DNA from: Bacillota bacterium
GTDB taxonomy: Bacteria; Bacillota; Clostridia; Christensenellales; CAG-138
Assembly: GCA_023459335.1 (NCBI GenBank)
Contig: JAEWUO010000013.1
Location: forward strand, 47,048-111,047
Direction: 5' to 3'
Length of the DNA: 64,000 nt
Position 1 is the stretch's first letter. Each line of letters begins with the position of its first letter. This document shows positions 9,396-20,335 of the stretch, one piece after another. The notes beneath the pieces are model-generated. The model made no database searches. It was given only the letters and a program-made list of their open reading frames with translations, and was not told the origin of the DNA. The position numbers and the translations under genes are program-made.

Positions 9396-10520
9396 ATGGA
9401 ATTGGTGGTAACGATCAAAGAAGCCGTGACCAAGAGAGACTTGGTCAAATTTATGGAATTCCCGCTCGAACTCTACAAAGGCAACCCTTATTACGTGCCG
9501 GATATTCTGGCAAGTCAGGTTGCCGACATGCAGAAGGATAAAAATCCGGCTTTCGAATTTTGCCAGTCCAAAGCGTTTCTGGCTTGCAGGGACGGGAAAA
9601 TCGTCGGCAGGATACAGGGGATTCTGAACGACCGTGCGAACGCGACGTTCGGTAAAAAGTATATGTGCTTCACGCAGGTCGATTTTATCGACGACGACGA
9701 AGTCGTGGACGCTCTCTTCGACACGGTGGAATCCTGGGCGCGTGAACTCGGCTGCGAAGCGATCCACGGCCCGCTCGGCTTCTCCGATATGGACCGCGAA
9801 GGCATGCTGATCGAAGGGTTCGATCGGAAAAGCCTGTTTCACACCTTCTACAACCATCCATACTACCCCGAGCATCTCGCGCGGCGCGGGTATAAGAAAG
9901 AGGTCGACTGGCTGGAGATGCGGCTTACACTGCCGACCGAGCCGATCGTGTCTCTCTGCCGCGTTTCGGAGTACGTGAAAAAACGTAAAAATCTGCATGT
10001 GGTAAATCTCGGCGACAAACCGCTCACGGAAATCATCCAGGATATGTTCGCGCTATACAACAAGGCGTACGTACTCTTCGGCATGATTCCGCTGACGCCG
10101 GCGCAGATCGAAAAATACGTCGGCGAATTCCGACCGATGGTGAGCCGGCGTACAACGTCGTTCGTCTATACGGAAGAAGGCGAGATGGTCGCGTTCGGCA
10201 TCTGCTGCCCGCTGCTGGACGACGCCATGCAGAAGATGAAAGGCAAGACGCTGCCGTTCGGCTGGATCCGCCTCCTCAAGGCGCTGAAGGGAAAAAACGA
10301 TACGGTTGACCTGCTGCTCATCGCCGTCCGGCCGGATCTGCAGGGGCAGGGCGTCAATGCGGTGGTGCTGGACGACATGCAGCACAAACTGATCAAGCAC
10401 GGCGTGCGGTACGCGGAGACGGGGCCGATGCTGGAGATCAACGATCATATCCTCGCGCAGTGGGAGCGTTTCAACGGCATACAGCACAAGCGCCGCCGCT
10501 GCTTTGTCAAGGAGATGTAA
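9396..10520 (+). CDS. Putative GNAT-fold N-acetyltransferase family protein
   Basis: 374 aa. Coding is clear and it starts 21 nt after the previous gene. The function call is from weak by-eye family resemblance only (GRIQGILNDRAN..., LLIAVRPDLQGQGVNAVVL, an acetyl-CoA-pocket-like Q/RxxGxG/A). Confidence 0.5.
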   Translation: MELVVTIKEAVTKRDLVKFMEFPLELYKGNPYYVPDILASQVADMQKDKNPAFEFCQSKAFLACRDGKIVGRIQGILNDRANATFGKKYMCFTQVDFIDDDEVVDALFDTVESWARELGCEAIHGPLGFSDMDREGMLIEGFDRKSLFHTFYNHPYYPEHLARRGYKKEVDWLEMRLTLPTEPIVSLCRVSEYVKKRKNLHVVNLGDKPLTEIIQDMFALYNKAYVLFGMIPLTPAQIEKYVGEFRPMVSRRTTSFVYTEEGEMVAFGICCPLLDDAMQKMKGKTLPFGWIRLLKALKGKNDTVDLLLIAVRPDLQGQGVNAVVLDDMQHKLIKHGVRYAETGPMLEINDHILAQWERFNGIQHKRRRCFVKEM

Positions 10521-10651
10521 AAACAGGAACGGCCGTCTGGAAAGCGGCCGTTTCGCTTGGCAGATTTCAGAAGATTGCTATGTGACAAACTCCCAGAAAA
10601 GATCGACAGGGTTTGTTATCATGTAAATACAAATACAAGGAGGGAAAAAAC

Positions 10652-10834
10652 ATGAAACTGAGCGCACCCAAATGGTTGGTATGGCTTCTTGCGCTGATCC
10701 TCGCCGCGCTGGCGATCGTGAGCAAGTATACCGCAATCCCCTACATCGGAAACTTTGTCAAGACGTATGACTTCTGGTTCATGACCGCAGCTTACGGCCT
10801 GCTCTTCCTTGGAACGCTGTTTAAAGGCCTGTAA
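10652..10834 (+). CDS. Small two-TM membrane protein, unknown function
   Basis: RBS AAGGAGGG at 10638-10645, then ATG 10652. The product is MKLSAPKWLVWLLALILAALAIVSKY...FWFMTAAYGLLFLGTLF. Confidence 0.55.
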   Translation: MKLSAPKWLVWLLALILAALAIVSKYTAIPYIGNFVKTYDFWFMTAAYGLLFLGTLFKGL

Positions 10835-10851
10835 GCCTAAGACCGACATCA

Positions 10852-10884
10852 ATATGCCCGCGCAGTGCGCGGGCATATTTTTAT
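10852..10884. terminator. Bidirectional terminator between convergent genes
   Basis: Perfect 12-bp stem ATATGCCCGCGC-AGT-GCGCGGGCATAT, with a T-run on the + side and an A-run on the other side. Confidence 0.75.
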
Positions 10885-10891
10885 CCGTATC

Positions 10892-12109
10892 TTATTTCAG
10901 GTCGGATACCCGTCGGACCAGATACTCTTTCAGCTGGCCCGCCGTTTCCGTTGCGCCGGAAACGGAAGGTGCGGTGCCCTGCGCGAGCGTGCCGCGGCCG
11001 CCGCCCTTGCCATTGGTCGCCGCGTTGACGGCGGAGGTGAATTCCGACACGTCCAGAGGGAAACCGGCGCCGGAGGAGAGCGTGTACAAAAGCCTGCCGC
11101 CAAAGTCGCTCAGGAGCAGAACGAGTGTTCTTTCCGCGGAAGCGGCCTGCGCGAGGTCTTTCAGCCGCGCGGCGTCCATGCCGGCGACCAGCCGGACGAC
11201 GACGCGGTATCGCCCCGCGGCCGCGGCTCCGGCGAGCAGCTCCGCGGCGATATATCCGTTCAGCGCGCGGGAAAGTTCGCGTTCGTTCTTTTTCAGCGCG
11301 CCGCAGTCGTCCGAAAGTTTTTGCACGACGGCCTGCACGCTGCTTCGCGAAGTGGAAAAGCGGCGCGCGATTTCCTCCAGCATGTCGTGCTGCGCGCGGT
11401 GCAGCGCCAGCGCGCGTTCGCCGCAGAAGAATGTGATGCGCGTGCCGCCCTTGTAGCTGATCGCGTCCGCAACGAAAACCGAGCCGATTTCACCCGTCAG
11501 AGCGCAATGCGGCGCGCAGCAGGTGCACATGTCCGCGCCTTCGATAGAGACGATGCGGATCGGCGGAGTCAGCCCTTCGGCGTGCTTGCGAAGCGGCAGG
11601 CGCTTTACGTCCGCCTCGTCGTCGTAAAACACTGCGGATACGGGAAGGTTTTTCCAGACGAAGCGGTTCGCGAGCAACTCCGCTTCGGCAACCTGCTCCC
11701 GGGTCAGGGGTTTGTCGAAGTCGATCGTGGCATAATCGAGCGCGAGATGGAACCCGATGTTGCTGGCGGCGAACAATTCGAAAAAAGAAAACGAAAGAAG
11801 GTGTTCTCCCGTATGCTGCTGCATGAAATCGAAACGCCGCGCCCAGTCGATCTGCCCGATCACACACGAACCGATTTCGAGCGGACGGTCGACGGTATGG
11901 AAGATTTCGCCGCCTTCTTCGCGCACATGGGAAACGGCCGCCTCGCCGAGCGTGCCGGTATCGGACGGCTGCCCGCCGCCCTCCGGGAAAAAGACGGTCT
12001 GATCGAGGACGACGTCGAACTGATCTCCGGCGGGAATGCAGGAGAGAACGGCGGATTCCGTCTTTAGAAGATGGCTGTCAAGGTCGAATAATCGTTTGGT
12101 CATGTTCAC
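10892..12109 (-). CDS. alaX: Alanyl-tRNA editing protein AlaX-L (AlaRS editing domain + DHHA1-like C-terminus)
   Basis: 405 aa. Carries the editing-domain zinc motifs HTGEHLL and CTCCAPHC, and a C-terminal GKGGGRGTLAQG typical of the AlaRS/AlaX C-terminal domain. Confidence 0.75.
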   Translation of the reverse strand: MNMTKRLFDLDSHLLKTESAVLSCIPAGDQFDVVLDQTVFFPEGGGQPSDTGTLGEAAVSHVREEGGEIFHTVDRPLEIGSCVIGQIDWARRFDFMQQHTGEHLLSFSFFELFAASNIGFHLALDYATIDFDKPLTREQVAEAELLANRFVWKNLPVSAVFYDDEADVKRLPLRKHAEGLTPPIRIVSIEGADMCTCCAPHCALTGEIGSVFVADAISYKGGTRITFFCGERALALHRAQHDMLEEIARRFSTSRSSVQAVVQKLSDDCGALKKNERELSRALNGYIAAELLAGAAAAGRYRVVVRLVAGMDAARLKDLAQAASAERTLVLLLSDFGGRLLYTLSSGAGFPLDVSEFTSAVNAATNGKGGGRGTLAQGTAPSVSGATETAGQLKEYLVRRVSDLK

Positions 12110-12128
12110 ACTCCCGCATAAAGAATCG

Positions 12129-13067
12129 TCAGATCAACCCGAACTGTTTCAGGCAAAAGATAAACAGGAACATGCTCACGATCGAAAGCACGCTCGTGAC
12201 CGCGACCAGCGTACCCGCGAGTTCGTAATCCGCCTGCATGCCGACGGACATGGTATAAGTGGACATCGCGACCGGCGCGCCGAAGATGATCAGCGCGACC
12301 ACGAGGAATTCCCCGCGGAAGCCGAGCAGCAGGAACACGCCGAGCGTCGCGATCGGCGCAATCAGCAGCCGGATCAGAGAAACAGCAACAGTAGCCGCTC
12401 GATTTCTGCGGAGCGCAGAAAACGAGATGGTGCCGCCGAGCAGCACGAACGCCAGCGGCGAGGTGATCGAAGCGAGACCGTCCACCGGCTTCTGGATCAA
12501 GTCCGGCAGCTGGATCTTCAGCAGGTTGACGATAAATCCCGCGATGCAGCCGAGAATGATCGGGTTTGTAACGACGCGCCACAGGACGCGCCAGAATCGC
12601 GTCTGCTCTCCGCGATAATGCTCCATGGCGATCACCGAAAACAGCCCGAAAAGCGGGACGCTGAACGAGATGGCGATGGTCATCAGCCCCAGATTGTTTT
12701 CCCCAAGCAGGGAGGCGGCCACGGCGAGGCCGAAAATCGCGTCGTTGGAACGAAACACGCCGAGGATCAGCACGCCGCGGCGGCTGTTTTCCTTGCTCAC
12801 GAGCGGGACGATCCATGCCGCGAGCGCGTACAGAGCAATGATGCCGGCGAAGATGTACAGCAGAAACGGCGTCTGAAACATGGTGGTAAGATCGCTTGCG
12901 GCGACCGCGCGGTAACACATCAACGGCAGCGTGACATAATAAACGATGTTGCTGGCGTTGCGCATCACGTTTTCGCTGACGGAGCCGCTGGCGCGAAGCA
13001 GGGCGCCAACCGCCATATACGCGATCAGCGGCGCGACAACGTTGAAAGAGAGGATCAGGTTTTGCAT
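12129..13067 (-). CDS. AEC (auxin efflux carrier) family permease
   Basis: About 10 TM segments. I start at MQNLILSFNVVAPLIAYMAVGALLR (ATG at 13067). The first 30 codons of track ORF 12129..13157 are not hydrophobic or protein-like. Confidence 0.75.
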   Translation of the reverse strand: MQNLILSFNVVAPLIAYMAVGALLRASGSVSENVMRNASNIVYYVTLPLMCYRAVAASDLTTMFQTPFLLYIFAGIIALYALAAWIVPLVSKENSRRGVLILGVFRSNDAIFGLAVAASLLGENNLGLMTIAISFSVPLFGLFSVIAMEHYRGEQTRFWRVLWRVVTNPIILGCIAGFIVNLLKIQLPDLIQKPVDGLASITSPLAFVLLGGTISFSALRRNRAATVAVSLIRLLIAPIATLGVFLLLGFRGEFLVVALIIFGAPVAMSTYTMSVGMQADYELAGTLVAVTSVLSIVSMFLFIFCLKQFGLI

Positions 13068-13388
13068 GCGGTATCCCCGAATCGTACGATTTGCGCCTTG
13101 CCAAAGAAAGCGCGATATTGGATGCATTATACCACAAACCGCGCGAAAGTCGCGCAAAAAAGGGGGCGTTTACCGGTGATTTTTCGGGATGAATCATGAA
13201 ATCGGAAGCGAAAGAAAACAAAACGAATCATGCTTTCGTTCCGGCTTTCGTTTCCGGAAACGAAAACGTCAAACGTTAACACTCCGTAAAATCGACGGCG
13301 CCGGCGGCAAATCGGGCAGATAGCTGTTCCTTTTACGGGCAAATGATGGTATGATGGCATTGTAGCGTAGTACCCGGGGGTTGCATGG

Positions 13389-15305
13389 ATGAGCAAATTT
13401 TCGGATGAAACAGCACTCTACTACTTTAACCGTGGCGTTTCTACGGCGGCGTATCTCGAACTCGGCTGCCATGAAGGGGTCGGGGAGTATGGAGAACGCA
13501 TCTATCGGTTTTCCGTCTGGGCGCCGAACGCCGAGTTTGTCAGCGTTGTCGGCACTTTTAATTTCTGGAACATCCAGGCCGACCGCATGGAGCGCGTCGG
13601 CACGACCGGCGTGTGGGAAATTTCCATCGGCGTCGCGCATCCGGGAGACCTGTATAAATACGCAATCGGGACTTACACCGGCGAGGTGATCATGAAGGCG
13701 GACCCGTTCGCCTTCCGCGCGGAGCCGCACGGCACCGCGTCCGTCGTCGGGGATATGCCGTATTACGACTGGACGGACGGGGATTACCTCGATTGCAGGG
13801 ATCACGCCGACCACGGCCACGGCCAGCCGATGAGCATTTACGAAGCGCACCTCGGAAGCTGGAAGAGCGGGCTCGGATACCGCGAACTGGCGGACGAGCT
13901 GATCGATTATGTCGTGGACATGGGTTACACGCATCTGGAACTCATGCCGCTGATGGAATATCCTTACGACCCGAGCTGGGGTTATCAGGTGACGGGATAT
14001 TACGCCGCGACGGCTCGCTACGGCGAACCGGAGGAGCTGATGTACCTGATCGACCGGGCGCACAGCGAAGGGATCGGCGTCATCATGGACTGGGTGCCCG
14101 CGCACTTCACACGGGACGCGCACGGGTTAAGGCTCTTCGACGGCACGCCTCTGTTTGAACATCCCGACCCGCGCCGCGGCGAGATGCCGCAGTGGGGGAC
14201 GCTGCTGTTTAATTTCGAACAATCACAGGTACAGTCGTTTTTGATCTCCAGCGCAATGTACTGGCTGCGGGAGTTCCATTTCGACGGTCTCCGCGTGGAC
14301 GCGGTGAGCGCCATGCTTTACCTCGACTTTGGCAAAAAACCCGGCGAATGGCTGCCAAACCGGTACGGCGGGCACGATAATCTCGACGCCATCGCGTTTT
14401 TCCGTAAGCTCAATTCGGCGATCGGAAAGCTCGAAGGCGGGAAGATGCTTTTTGCGGAGGAGAGTTCGGCATACCCCTATGTGACGCGCCCCGTGTCCGA
14501 AGACGGGCTGGGGTTTGCGTACAAGTGGAATATGGGCTGGATGAACGATATGCTCACATACATGGGCATGGACAGCATCTACCGTAAATATCATCACGAT
14601 AAACTTACCTTCTCGCTTTGCTACGCGTTTTCGGAGCATTATGTACTGCCGTTTTCGCACGACGAGGTCGTTCACGGAAAGAAGAGCATGCTCTCGAAGA
14701 TGCCGGGCGATTACTGGCAGCAGTTCGCACAGCTCAGGCTTCTTTACGCTTATCAATACGCGCATCCGGGCAAAAAACTCATGTTCATGGGTTGCGAGTT
14801 TGGCCAGTATATCGAGTGGAAGTTCGACGACTCGCTCGACTGGTTCCTGCTCGACTATCCCAAGCACGCCGAGATGCAGCTCTTCGTGCACGATCTGAAC
14901 CACTTTTACCTCGATAACCCGCCGATGTACGAAAACGACGACAGTTGGGAGGGTTTCCGCTGGTGCGGCGTGGACGACAACATCCATTCGATCCTCTCCT
15001 TCCTGCGGATCGACCGGGACGGCAACGCGCTCTTTTGGACGTTTAACTTTACGCCGATGCCGTGGCTGGATTATATGATCGGCGTGCCGCGGTACGGACT
15101 GTATACCGAGATGTTTTCCACGGACGCGCCGTATTTCGGCGGAACGGGCGATTATCCCAACGCACCGACGATGTCGGATTACGAACCATACGGCGAACAC
15201 CCCTGCCGTATCCGCCTGAGGATGCCGCCGTTCGGGGCGGTCTGTTACCGCATCACACCGAAACCCCTCCCGGAACAAGAGGCAAAACAGGAGGAAGACG
15301 CATGA
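13389..15305 (+). CDS. glgB: 1,4-alpha-glucan branching enzyme
   Basis: 638 aa with the GH13 branching-enzyme motifs [22 protein letters not shown] and [10 protein letters not shown]. Confidence 0.95.
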   Translation: MSKFSDETALYYFNRGVSTAAYLELGCHEGVGEYGERIYRFSVWAPNAEFVSVVGTFNFWNIQADRMERVGTTGVWEISIGVAHPGDLYKYAIGTYTGEVIMKADPFAFRAEPHGTASVVGDMPYYDWTDGDYLDCRDHADHGHGQPMSIYEAHLGSWKSGLGYRELADELIDYVVDMGYTHLELMPLMEYPYDPSWGYQVTGYYAATARYGEPEELMYLIDRAHSEGIGVIMDWVPAHFTRDAHGLRLFDGTPLFEHPDPRRGEMPQWGTLLFNFEQSQVQSFLISSAMYWLREFHFDGLRVDAVSAMLYLDFGKKPGEWLPNRYGGHDNLDAIAFFRKLNSAIGKLEGGKMLFAEESSAYPYVTRPVSEDGLGFAYKWNMGWMNDMLTYMGMDSIYRKYHHDKLTFSLCYAFSEHYVLPFSHDEVVHGKKSMLSKMPGDYWQQFAQLRLLYAYQYAHPGKKLMFMGCEFGQYIEWKFDDSLDWFLLDYPKHAEMQLFVHDLNHFYLDNPPMYENDDSWEGFRWCGVDDNIHSILSFLRIDRDGNALFWTFNFTPMPWLDYMIGVPRYGLYTEMFSTDAPYFGGTGDYPNAPTMSDYEPYGEHPCRIRLRMPPFGAVCYRITPKPLPEQEAKQEEDA

Positions 15306-16531
15306 AAAAACGGATCGTTGCGATGCTGCTTGCCGGAGGCCAGGGCAGCCGACTCGGCGTATTGACGTCCAGCATGGCGAAACCTGCGGTGCCCTTCGGA
15401 GGGAAATATCGCATCATCGATTTTCCGCTCAGCAACTGCGTCAATTCGGACATCGACACCGTCGGCGTACTGACGCAGTACCGCCCGCTCGCGCTCAACA
15501 GCTACATCGGCACCGGTCAGCACTGGGACCTCGACCGCATGAACGGCGGAGTGTTCGTCCTGCCGCCCTATGTGACGGGCGTGGACGGCAGGTGGTATAC
15601 GGGCACGGCGAACGCCATATACCAGAACGCCGAGTTCGTCGACCAGTACGACCCCGACTATGTGCTCATCCTCTCCGGAGATCATATCTATAAAATGGAC
15701 TACGGCGCGATGCTGAACTTCCATATCGAAAAGGGCGCGGTGGCTACCATTGCAGTGCTGCCCGTGCCGATGGAGGAAGCGCACCGTTTCGGCATCATGA
15801 ATACCGATGAAAACGACCGCGTCACATCGTTTGAAGAAAAACCAAAGCAGCCGAAATCCAACAAAGCCTCGATGGGCATCTATATCTTCAACTGGCGCGA
15901 GCTGAAGGAATGCATGCGCGCGGACGACGAGAACCCGAATTCGGTCAACGACTTCGGCATCAACATCATCCCCGCGATGATCGGCGGCGGGCAGGCGGTG
16001 TTCGCTTACCCGTTCCGAGGATACTGGAAGGACGTCGGAACGATCCAGAGCCTCTGGGAGGCGAACATGGACCTTGTCTCCACGCCGCCCAAGCTTGTGC
16101 TCAACGACCCGCAGTGGAGGATCTACAGCCGCAACCCCATTATGCCGCCGCACTACGTCGGCGAACACGCCTCCGTTACGCAGAGCCTTGTGACGGAAGG
16201 CTGCCGCGTGGAGGGGAAGGTGCGGCACAGCGTGCTGTTCGCCAACGTCTTGGTCGAGGCGGATGCGGAGGTATACGATTCCGTTATCTTCCCCGGCGCG
16301 GTGATCCGCCGCGGCGCGAAGGTTTATCAGGCGATCGTCGGGGAAAACTCCGTCATCGGCGAGGATGCGGTTATCGGCGGCGAACTCCGGCTCGGCGATC
16401 AGGTGGACAATTCCCTCACAGGAACGATCACGCTCGTCGGCAACGACATCAGCATTCAGCCGGAGGTTTACCTGCCGCAGGGCACGGTCGCAACCGAGGA
16501 CGCGTGCGGAGGGAGAACCTATGACCAGTAA
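15302..16531 (+). CDS. glgC: Glucose-1-phosphate adenylyltransferase, catalytic subunit
   Basis: [22 protein letters not shown], followed by a left-handed beta-helix C-terminus. The ATG at 15302 overlaps the glgB stop (ATGA). Track ORF 15062..16531 is over-extended. Confidence 0.95.
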   Translation: MKKRIVAMLLAGGQGSRLGVLTSSMAKPAVPFGGKYRIIDFPLSNCVNSDIDTVGVLTQYRPLALNSYIGTGQHWDLDRMNGGVFVLPPYVTGVDGRWYTGTANAIYQNAEFVDQYDPDYVLILSGDHIYKMDYGAMLNFHIEKGAVATIAVLPVPMEEAHRFGIMNTDENDRVTSFEEKPKQPKSNKASMGIYIFNWRELKECMRADDENPNSVNDFGINIIPAMIGGGQAVFAYPFRGYWKDVGTIQSLWEANMDLVSTPPKLVLNDPQWRIYSRNPIMPPHYVGEHASVTQSLVTEGCRVEGKVRHSVLFANVLVEADAEVYDSVIFPGAVIRRGAKVYQAIVGENSVIGEDAVIGGELRLGDQVDNSLTGTITLVGNDISIQPEVYLPQGTVATEDACGGRTYDQ

Positions 16532-17645
16532 CGCCTTTGGACTGATTTATACCGGAGAAACGAACCCGCTTTTAAGAGACCTTGCGCTCTCCCGCTCGGT
16601 CGCGGCGGTCCCGTTCGGCGGGCGCTACCGCTGTATCGACTTTGTCTTGTCGGATCTGGTTAACTCCGGGGTAACGAGCGTCGGACTCATCACGCAGAAA
16701 AACTATCACTCCCTGATGGACCATCTCGGCGCGGGCAAGGAATGGGACCTGCACAGGAAGCGCGAAGGCCTCTTCATGCTGCCGCCGTTCATGACAAAGG
16801 AAAATACTGGGCTGTACCGCGGCAGCGTGGACGCCATCCGTTCCTGCCTCGGTTATGTGCGCCGCAACCCGCAGCAGTACGTAATCCTCACCGGCAGCCA
16901 TACGATATTCAACATGACGTTCAACGATATGATCGCAAAGCATGTCGAAACGCGTGCGAACATCACGATGCTCTATAACGAAGGGGAAGCCGTCGCGAGC
17001 GACGAGCAGAATCTGGATCTGCGTCTTTTAATGGACGCGGGCGGACGCGTCACCGAGATGGAACTGAACCCTTTCACGCCGCGCTCCACGCACCGGAGCT
17101 GCGACGTTATGATAATGGACAAACTCCTGCTGGAATACCTTGTCGAGGAGGCGTACTCCCACGGAGATTACGACCTCACGCGCGATATTTTGCTCAAGAA
17201 GTGTGCAACGCTCAAGATCATGGGATACCGCTACGACGGATACGTGGCGAGGCTGGACTCGGTGAACGACTACTTCCGCCATAACCTCGCGCTTTTGCAG
17301 CAGGAAGTCCGAAACGACCTCTTTAACCCCGCGCACCCGATCTATACGAAGGTGAAGGATGAAGTCAGCGCGAAATACGGCGAAAACGCAGTGGTGAAAA
17401 ACGCGATGGTCGCGGACGGCTGCATCATCGAAGGCGCCGTTGAAAACAGCATCGTTTTCCGCGGCGTGAGCATTAAAAAAGGCGCCGTGGTGAAAAACAG
17501 CATCCTTATGCAGGGGGTCAGCATCGGCGAAAACTGCGCGATGGATCACGTAATCCTCGATAAGGGCGTCATAATTCGCGACGGGCGCACGCTCACCGGA
17601 TACGATGGATTCCCGATCATTCTGAAAAAAGGCACGACGATTTAA
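16521..17645 (+). CDS. glgD: Glucose-1-phosphate adenylyltransferase regulatory subunit GlgD
   Basis: A GlgC paralogue lacking the GGxGxRL loop ([37 protein letters not shown]). It overlaps the glgC end by 11 nt. The position and sequence are typical of Firmicute glgD. Confidence 0.9.
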   Translation: MTSNAFGLIYTGETNPLLRDLALSRSVAAVPFGGRYRCIDFVLSDLVNSGVTSVGLITQKNYHSLMDHLGAGKEWDLHRKREGLFMLPPFMTKENTGLYRGSVDAIRSCLGYVRRNPQQYVILTGSHTIFNMTFNDMIAKHVETRANITMLYNEGEAVASDEQNLDLRLLMDAGGRVTEMELNPFTPRSTHRSCDVMIMDKLLLEYLVEEAYSHGDYDLTRDILLKKCATLKIMGYRYDGYVARLDSVNDYFRHNLALLQQEVRNDLFNPAHPIYTKVKDEVSAKYGENAVVKNAMVADGCIIEGAVENSIVFRGVSIKKGAVVKNSILMQGVSIGENCAMDHVILDKGVIIRDGRTLTGYDGFPIILKKGTTI

Positions 17646-17771
17646 CCTGTTTTGCGCGCGGGCGAAACGCCTTGCGCAAGGATTTCGACGGGCGCCGGCT
17701 CGTCTTGTTTTCGATACGCCGCGCGGACGAAAGGCGGGCGGCGAATACGCGTTTACTGGAGGGATAGATCC

Positions 17772-19373
17772 ATGAAGGTGCTGTTCTGCGCGAGCGAATG
17801 CGTACCGTTCATCAAAACCGGCGGGCTCGCGGATGTTGCCGGCGCGCTGCCGGTTGCGCTGCGGGAGGAGGGAGTGGATATCCGCGTCATCCTGCCGAAA
17901 TATCGAACGATCGACGATTTTTGGAAAAGCCGCATGGAGCACGTGTGCGACTTCGAAGTGATGTTCGGCTGGGAAAAGCTGTTCTGCGGCGTCGAGCGCG
18001 TGGTGGATAACGGGGTGACCTATTACTTCGTCGATAACGAGTCTTTCTTTTACGTCAATGAAATCTACGGCGACGGGATTGCGGAAGGGCTGCGGTTCGC
18101 ATTTTTCAGCCGCGCGGTGCTGGAAGCGCTGCCAAAGATCGGCTTTCTTCCGGATGTGCTGCACCTCAACGACTGGCAGACGGGCCTGATCGCCGCGCTG
18201 CTCAAAACGCAGTACGCCGCAAACGCGGACTACGCGCGCATCCGCACCGTGTTCTCTATCCATAACCTGAAATATCAGGGCCTGTTTTCCTGGCGCGAAA
18301 TCGCGGGCAGGCTGGGGCTCGACGAACGGTACTTCACCTACGAATATCTCGAATTCTACGGCTGCATCAGCTGCATGAAGGGCGGGCTTGTGTTCGCTGA
18401 CCGGCTCTGCACCGTCAGCCCGACCTATGCGGAGGAGATCAAAACGCCGTTTTACGGGGAGAATCTGGACGGGCTCCTGCGTGCGCGCGAAAATACGCTC
18501 AGCGGAATTTTAAACGGCCTCGATTACGCGATCTTCAACCCGTCGGACGACCGCTTCCTCAAGCATCATTTCGATCTCGACAATCCGGGCGGAAAGCTCG
18601 CCTGCAAGCGCGATCTGCAGCGCGAATGCGCGCTGGAGGAACGGGACGTACCGCTCATCGGTATGATCGCGCGGCTTTCGCAGCAAAAGGGGCTGGACCT
18701 CGTGGAGCGCGTTCTCGGGGATATCCTGAAAAACGACGTGCAGATCGTGTTTCTCGGCAAGGGCGACCGGCGGTTTGTCGATCTGCTCAACTGGGCGAAC
18801 TGGCGTTATCCCAAGCGCGTCCATGCGCGGATCGAACTGGACGAGGGGCTCGCGCACCGCATCTACGCTGGTGCGGATCTGTTTTTGATGCCGTCGCAGT
18901 TTGAACCGTGCGGCCTAAGCCAGATGATCGCGCTGCGGTACGGCTGCGTGCCCATCGTACGCGAAACGGGCGGGCTGAAGGACACCATCGTTCCTTACAA
19001 CCTGTATACGGACGAGGGGAACGGATTTTCCTTCGCCAACTACAACGCGCACGAGATGCTTTTTACGATCGAGCGCGCCGTGAAATACTGGAGCGAGGAC
19101 AAGTCCATGTGGCGGCGCATGATGCTGCGCGGCATGTCGGACCGCTTCGACTGGGGAAAACCCGCGCGCGCGTATCTTTCCCTGTACGAACAGATTTTGC
19201 AGCAGCTGAAACCGGAACAGGCGACCGTCTCACCAGTGTCTGCCGTCCGGGAAAAAACGGAACCCATCCCGGCTGCCGACGCCGCGCCCATGCAAACGGC
19301 GGAGCCGCCAGAGCCGGAAGAAGCCGCGAACCCGTCCGCGGCGAATACGATGCCTGAAAAATCTAAAAAATAA
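17772..19373 (+). CDS. glgA: Glycogen synthase (ADP-glucose type) with low-complexity P/E/A-rich C-terminal tail
   Basis: MKVLFCASECVPFIKTGGLADV (KTGGL motif), plus the GT5 body. The last ~55 aa are low complexity. Track ORF 17652..19373 is over-extended. Confidence 0.95.
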   Translation: MKVLFCASECVPFIKTGGLADVAGALPVALREEGVDIRVILPKYRTIDDFWKSRMEHVCDFEVMFGWEKLFCGVERVVDNGVTYYFVDNESFFYVNEIYGDGIAEGLRFAFFSRAVLEALPKIGFLPDVLHLNDWQTGLIAALLKTQYAANADYARIRTVFSIHNLKYQGLFSWREIAGRLGLDERYFTYEYLEFYGCISCMKGGLVFADRLCTVSPTYAEEIKTPFYGENLDGLLRARENTLSGILNGLDYAIFNPSDDRFLKHHFDLDNPGGKLACKRDLQRECALEERDVPLIGMIARLSQQKGLDLVERVLGDILKNDVQIVFLGKGDRRFVDLLNWANWRYPKRVHARIELDEGLAHRIYAGADLFLMPSQFEPCGLSQMIALRYGCVPIVRETGGLKDTIVPYNLYTDEGNGFSFANYNAHEMLFTIERAVKYWSEDKSMWRRMMLRGMSDRFDWGKPARAYLSLYEQILQQLKPEQATVSPVSAVREKTEPIPAADAAPMQTAEPPEPEEAANPSAANTMPEKSKK

Positions 19374-19384
19374 CGAGTAAAAGC

Positions 19385-19416
19385 AAAAAAAAGAGGCGCG
19401 AGAGCGCCTCTTTTGC
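19385..19416. terminator. Bidirectional terminator between glgA and the convergent gene
   Basis: A-run, then AGAGGCGC-GAGA-GCGCCTCT, then a T-run. Confidence 0.75.
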
Positions 19417-19427
19417 AGTTACGTTCG

Positions 19428-20240
19428 TTAAATGAGTTCTTTTCCGTCGGGATCGCTGGCGGGCGCCTGCGGCGCGGGCGAACCCGGCGCGGCGGGAACA
19501 GCTGACTGCGGCAGCGGCGACCTGCCGGTCAGGTCGAGGTAAAAACCGGTCTCCGCGGCTTTCGTGTAAGGCGCGAGGAAGAAGAACCCAATGCCCCACG
19601 TCAGACAGGCGAGCAGGAACCAGCCGATGAAGCTCAACTGCAGGCAGAAAAGCCGGCCTTTATTGCCCGCCATCATCTGCTTGGAGCGCTCGATCGCCTC
19701 CGACGCGGTCAGCTCCGGATGCTCCGCGAGCAGATACGGCGCCATCGCATACCGATATGCGGCGACGATGCCAGGAACGATCAGCAGCAGCATCCAGAGG
19801 AAAATCTTCAGCGCCATGAGGAAACGAAGCAGCAGCGCGTTACCGAAGATGGAAAAGCGCGAAAACAGCGTGTCGATCTTCGGCGCGCCCTTGCTTTCAT
19901 AGAGCGAGATATTAAAGAGGTCGAACCCGAGTTCCACCGCGCTGCCGACGATTAACAGAGCCAGCGAGTAGATGAAGGCGAGACTGCCGAGCGCCGCCGC
20001 GATCCCCACGATCGGACGGGCCAGCGCGGAAAACAGCTGCGGATCGAACCGCCCGTCGAACGCCTGCCGCACGCCTTCCGAAACCTGTGAAAAATCGGAG
20101 CCGGAGAATCGGAAATTGATCGGACTTTGTCCGGAGAAACCGCCGAGGATGACGGCGATCAGCGCGGCGAGAACCGCCCACCAGTAGCGCCCGCGCAGGA
20201 TATTCCATGCGGCATCCCGAAAGTCTTTTGCTCTTTTCAC
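19428..20240 (-). CDS. DUF975-family integral membrane protein
   Basis: 270 aa. The N-terminus FRDAAWNILRGRYWWAVLAALI and the multi-TM body match my recollection of DUF975. It has a Pro/Ala-rich C-terminal tail. Confidence 0.65.
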   Translation of the reverse strand: MKRAKDFRDAAWNILRGRYWWAVLAALIAVILGGFSGQSPINFRFSGSDFSQVSEGVRQAFDGRFDPQLFSALARPIVGIAAALGSLAFIYSLALLIVGSAVELGFDLFNISLYESKGAPKIDTLFSRFSIFGNALLLRFLMALKIFLWMLLLIVPGIVAAYRYAMAPYLLAEHPELTASEAIERSKQMMAGNKGRLFCLQLSFIGWFLLACLTWGIGFFFLAPYTKAAETGFYLDLTGRSPLPQSAVPAAPGSPAPQAPASDPDGKELI

Positions 20241-20335
20241 GTTTGGTACCCCCCCGTTGGTTTATTACATCCGCCGGATGATCCGCGCGGCTGCTTTCTG
20301 AACGTGTTACGTTTGCCGCGTTGCGGCGGGCAGGT

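Noticed and set aside
8071-13221. Long ORFs 8071..9285(-), 10865..12067(+), 12036..13199(+) and 12106..13221(-).
   Set aside because: They are antisense or out-of-frame shadows of the DUF4349, alaX and AEC-permease genes. Their composition is Arg/Gly/Ala-rich. They have no RBS or recognisable motifs, and each fully overlaps a better-supported gene.
13269-18263. ORFs 13269..14123(-), 14223..15278(-), 15245..16228(-) and 17028..18263(-) opposite the glycogen operon.
   Set aside because: They are antisense to glgB, glgC, glgD and glgA, all of which carry unmistakable catalytic motifs. These are shadow ORFs.
15062-19373. 5'-extended versions of glgC (15062), glgD (16365), glgA (17652), and likewise the ligase (to 44796), hsp20 (5200) and Sel1 (45572).
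   Set aside because: The extensions overlap upstream genes or lack RBS support. Conserved N-termini with RBS or translational coupling identify the internal starts used in the feature list.
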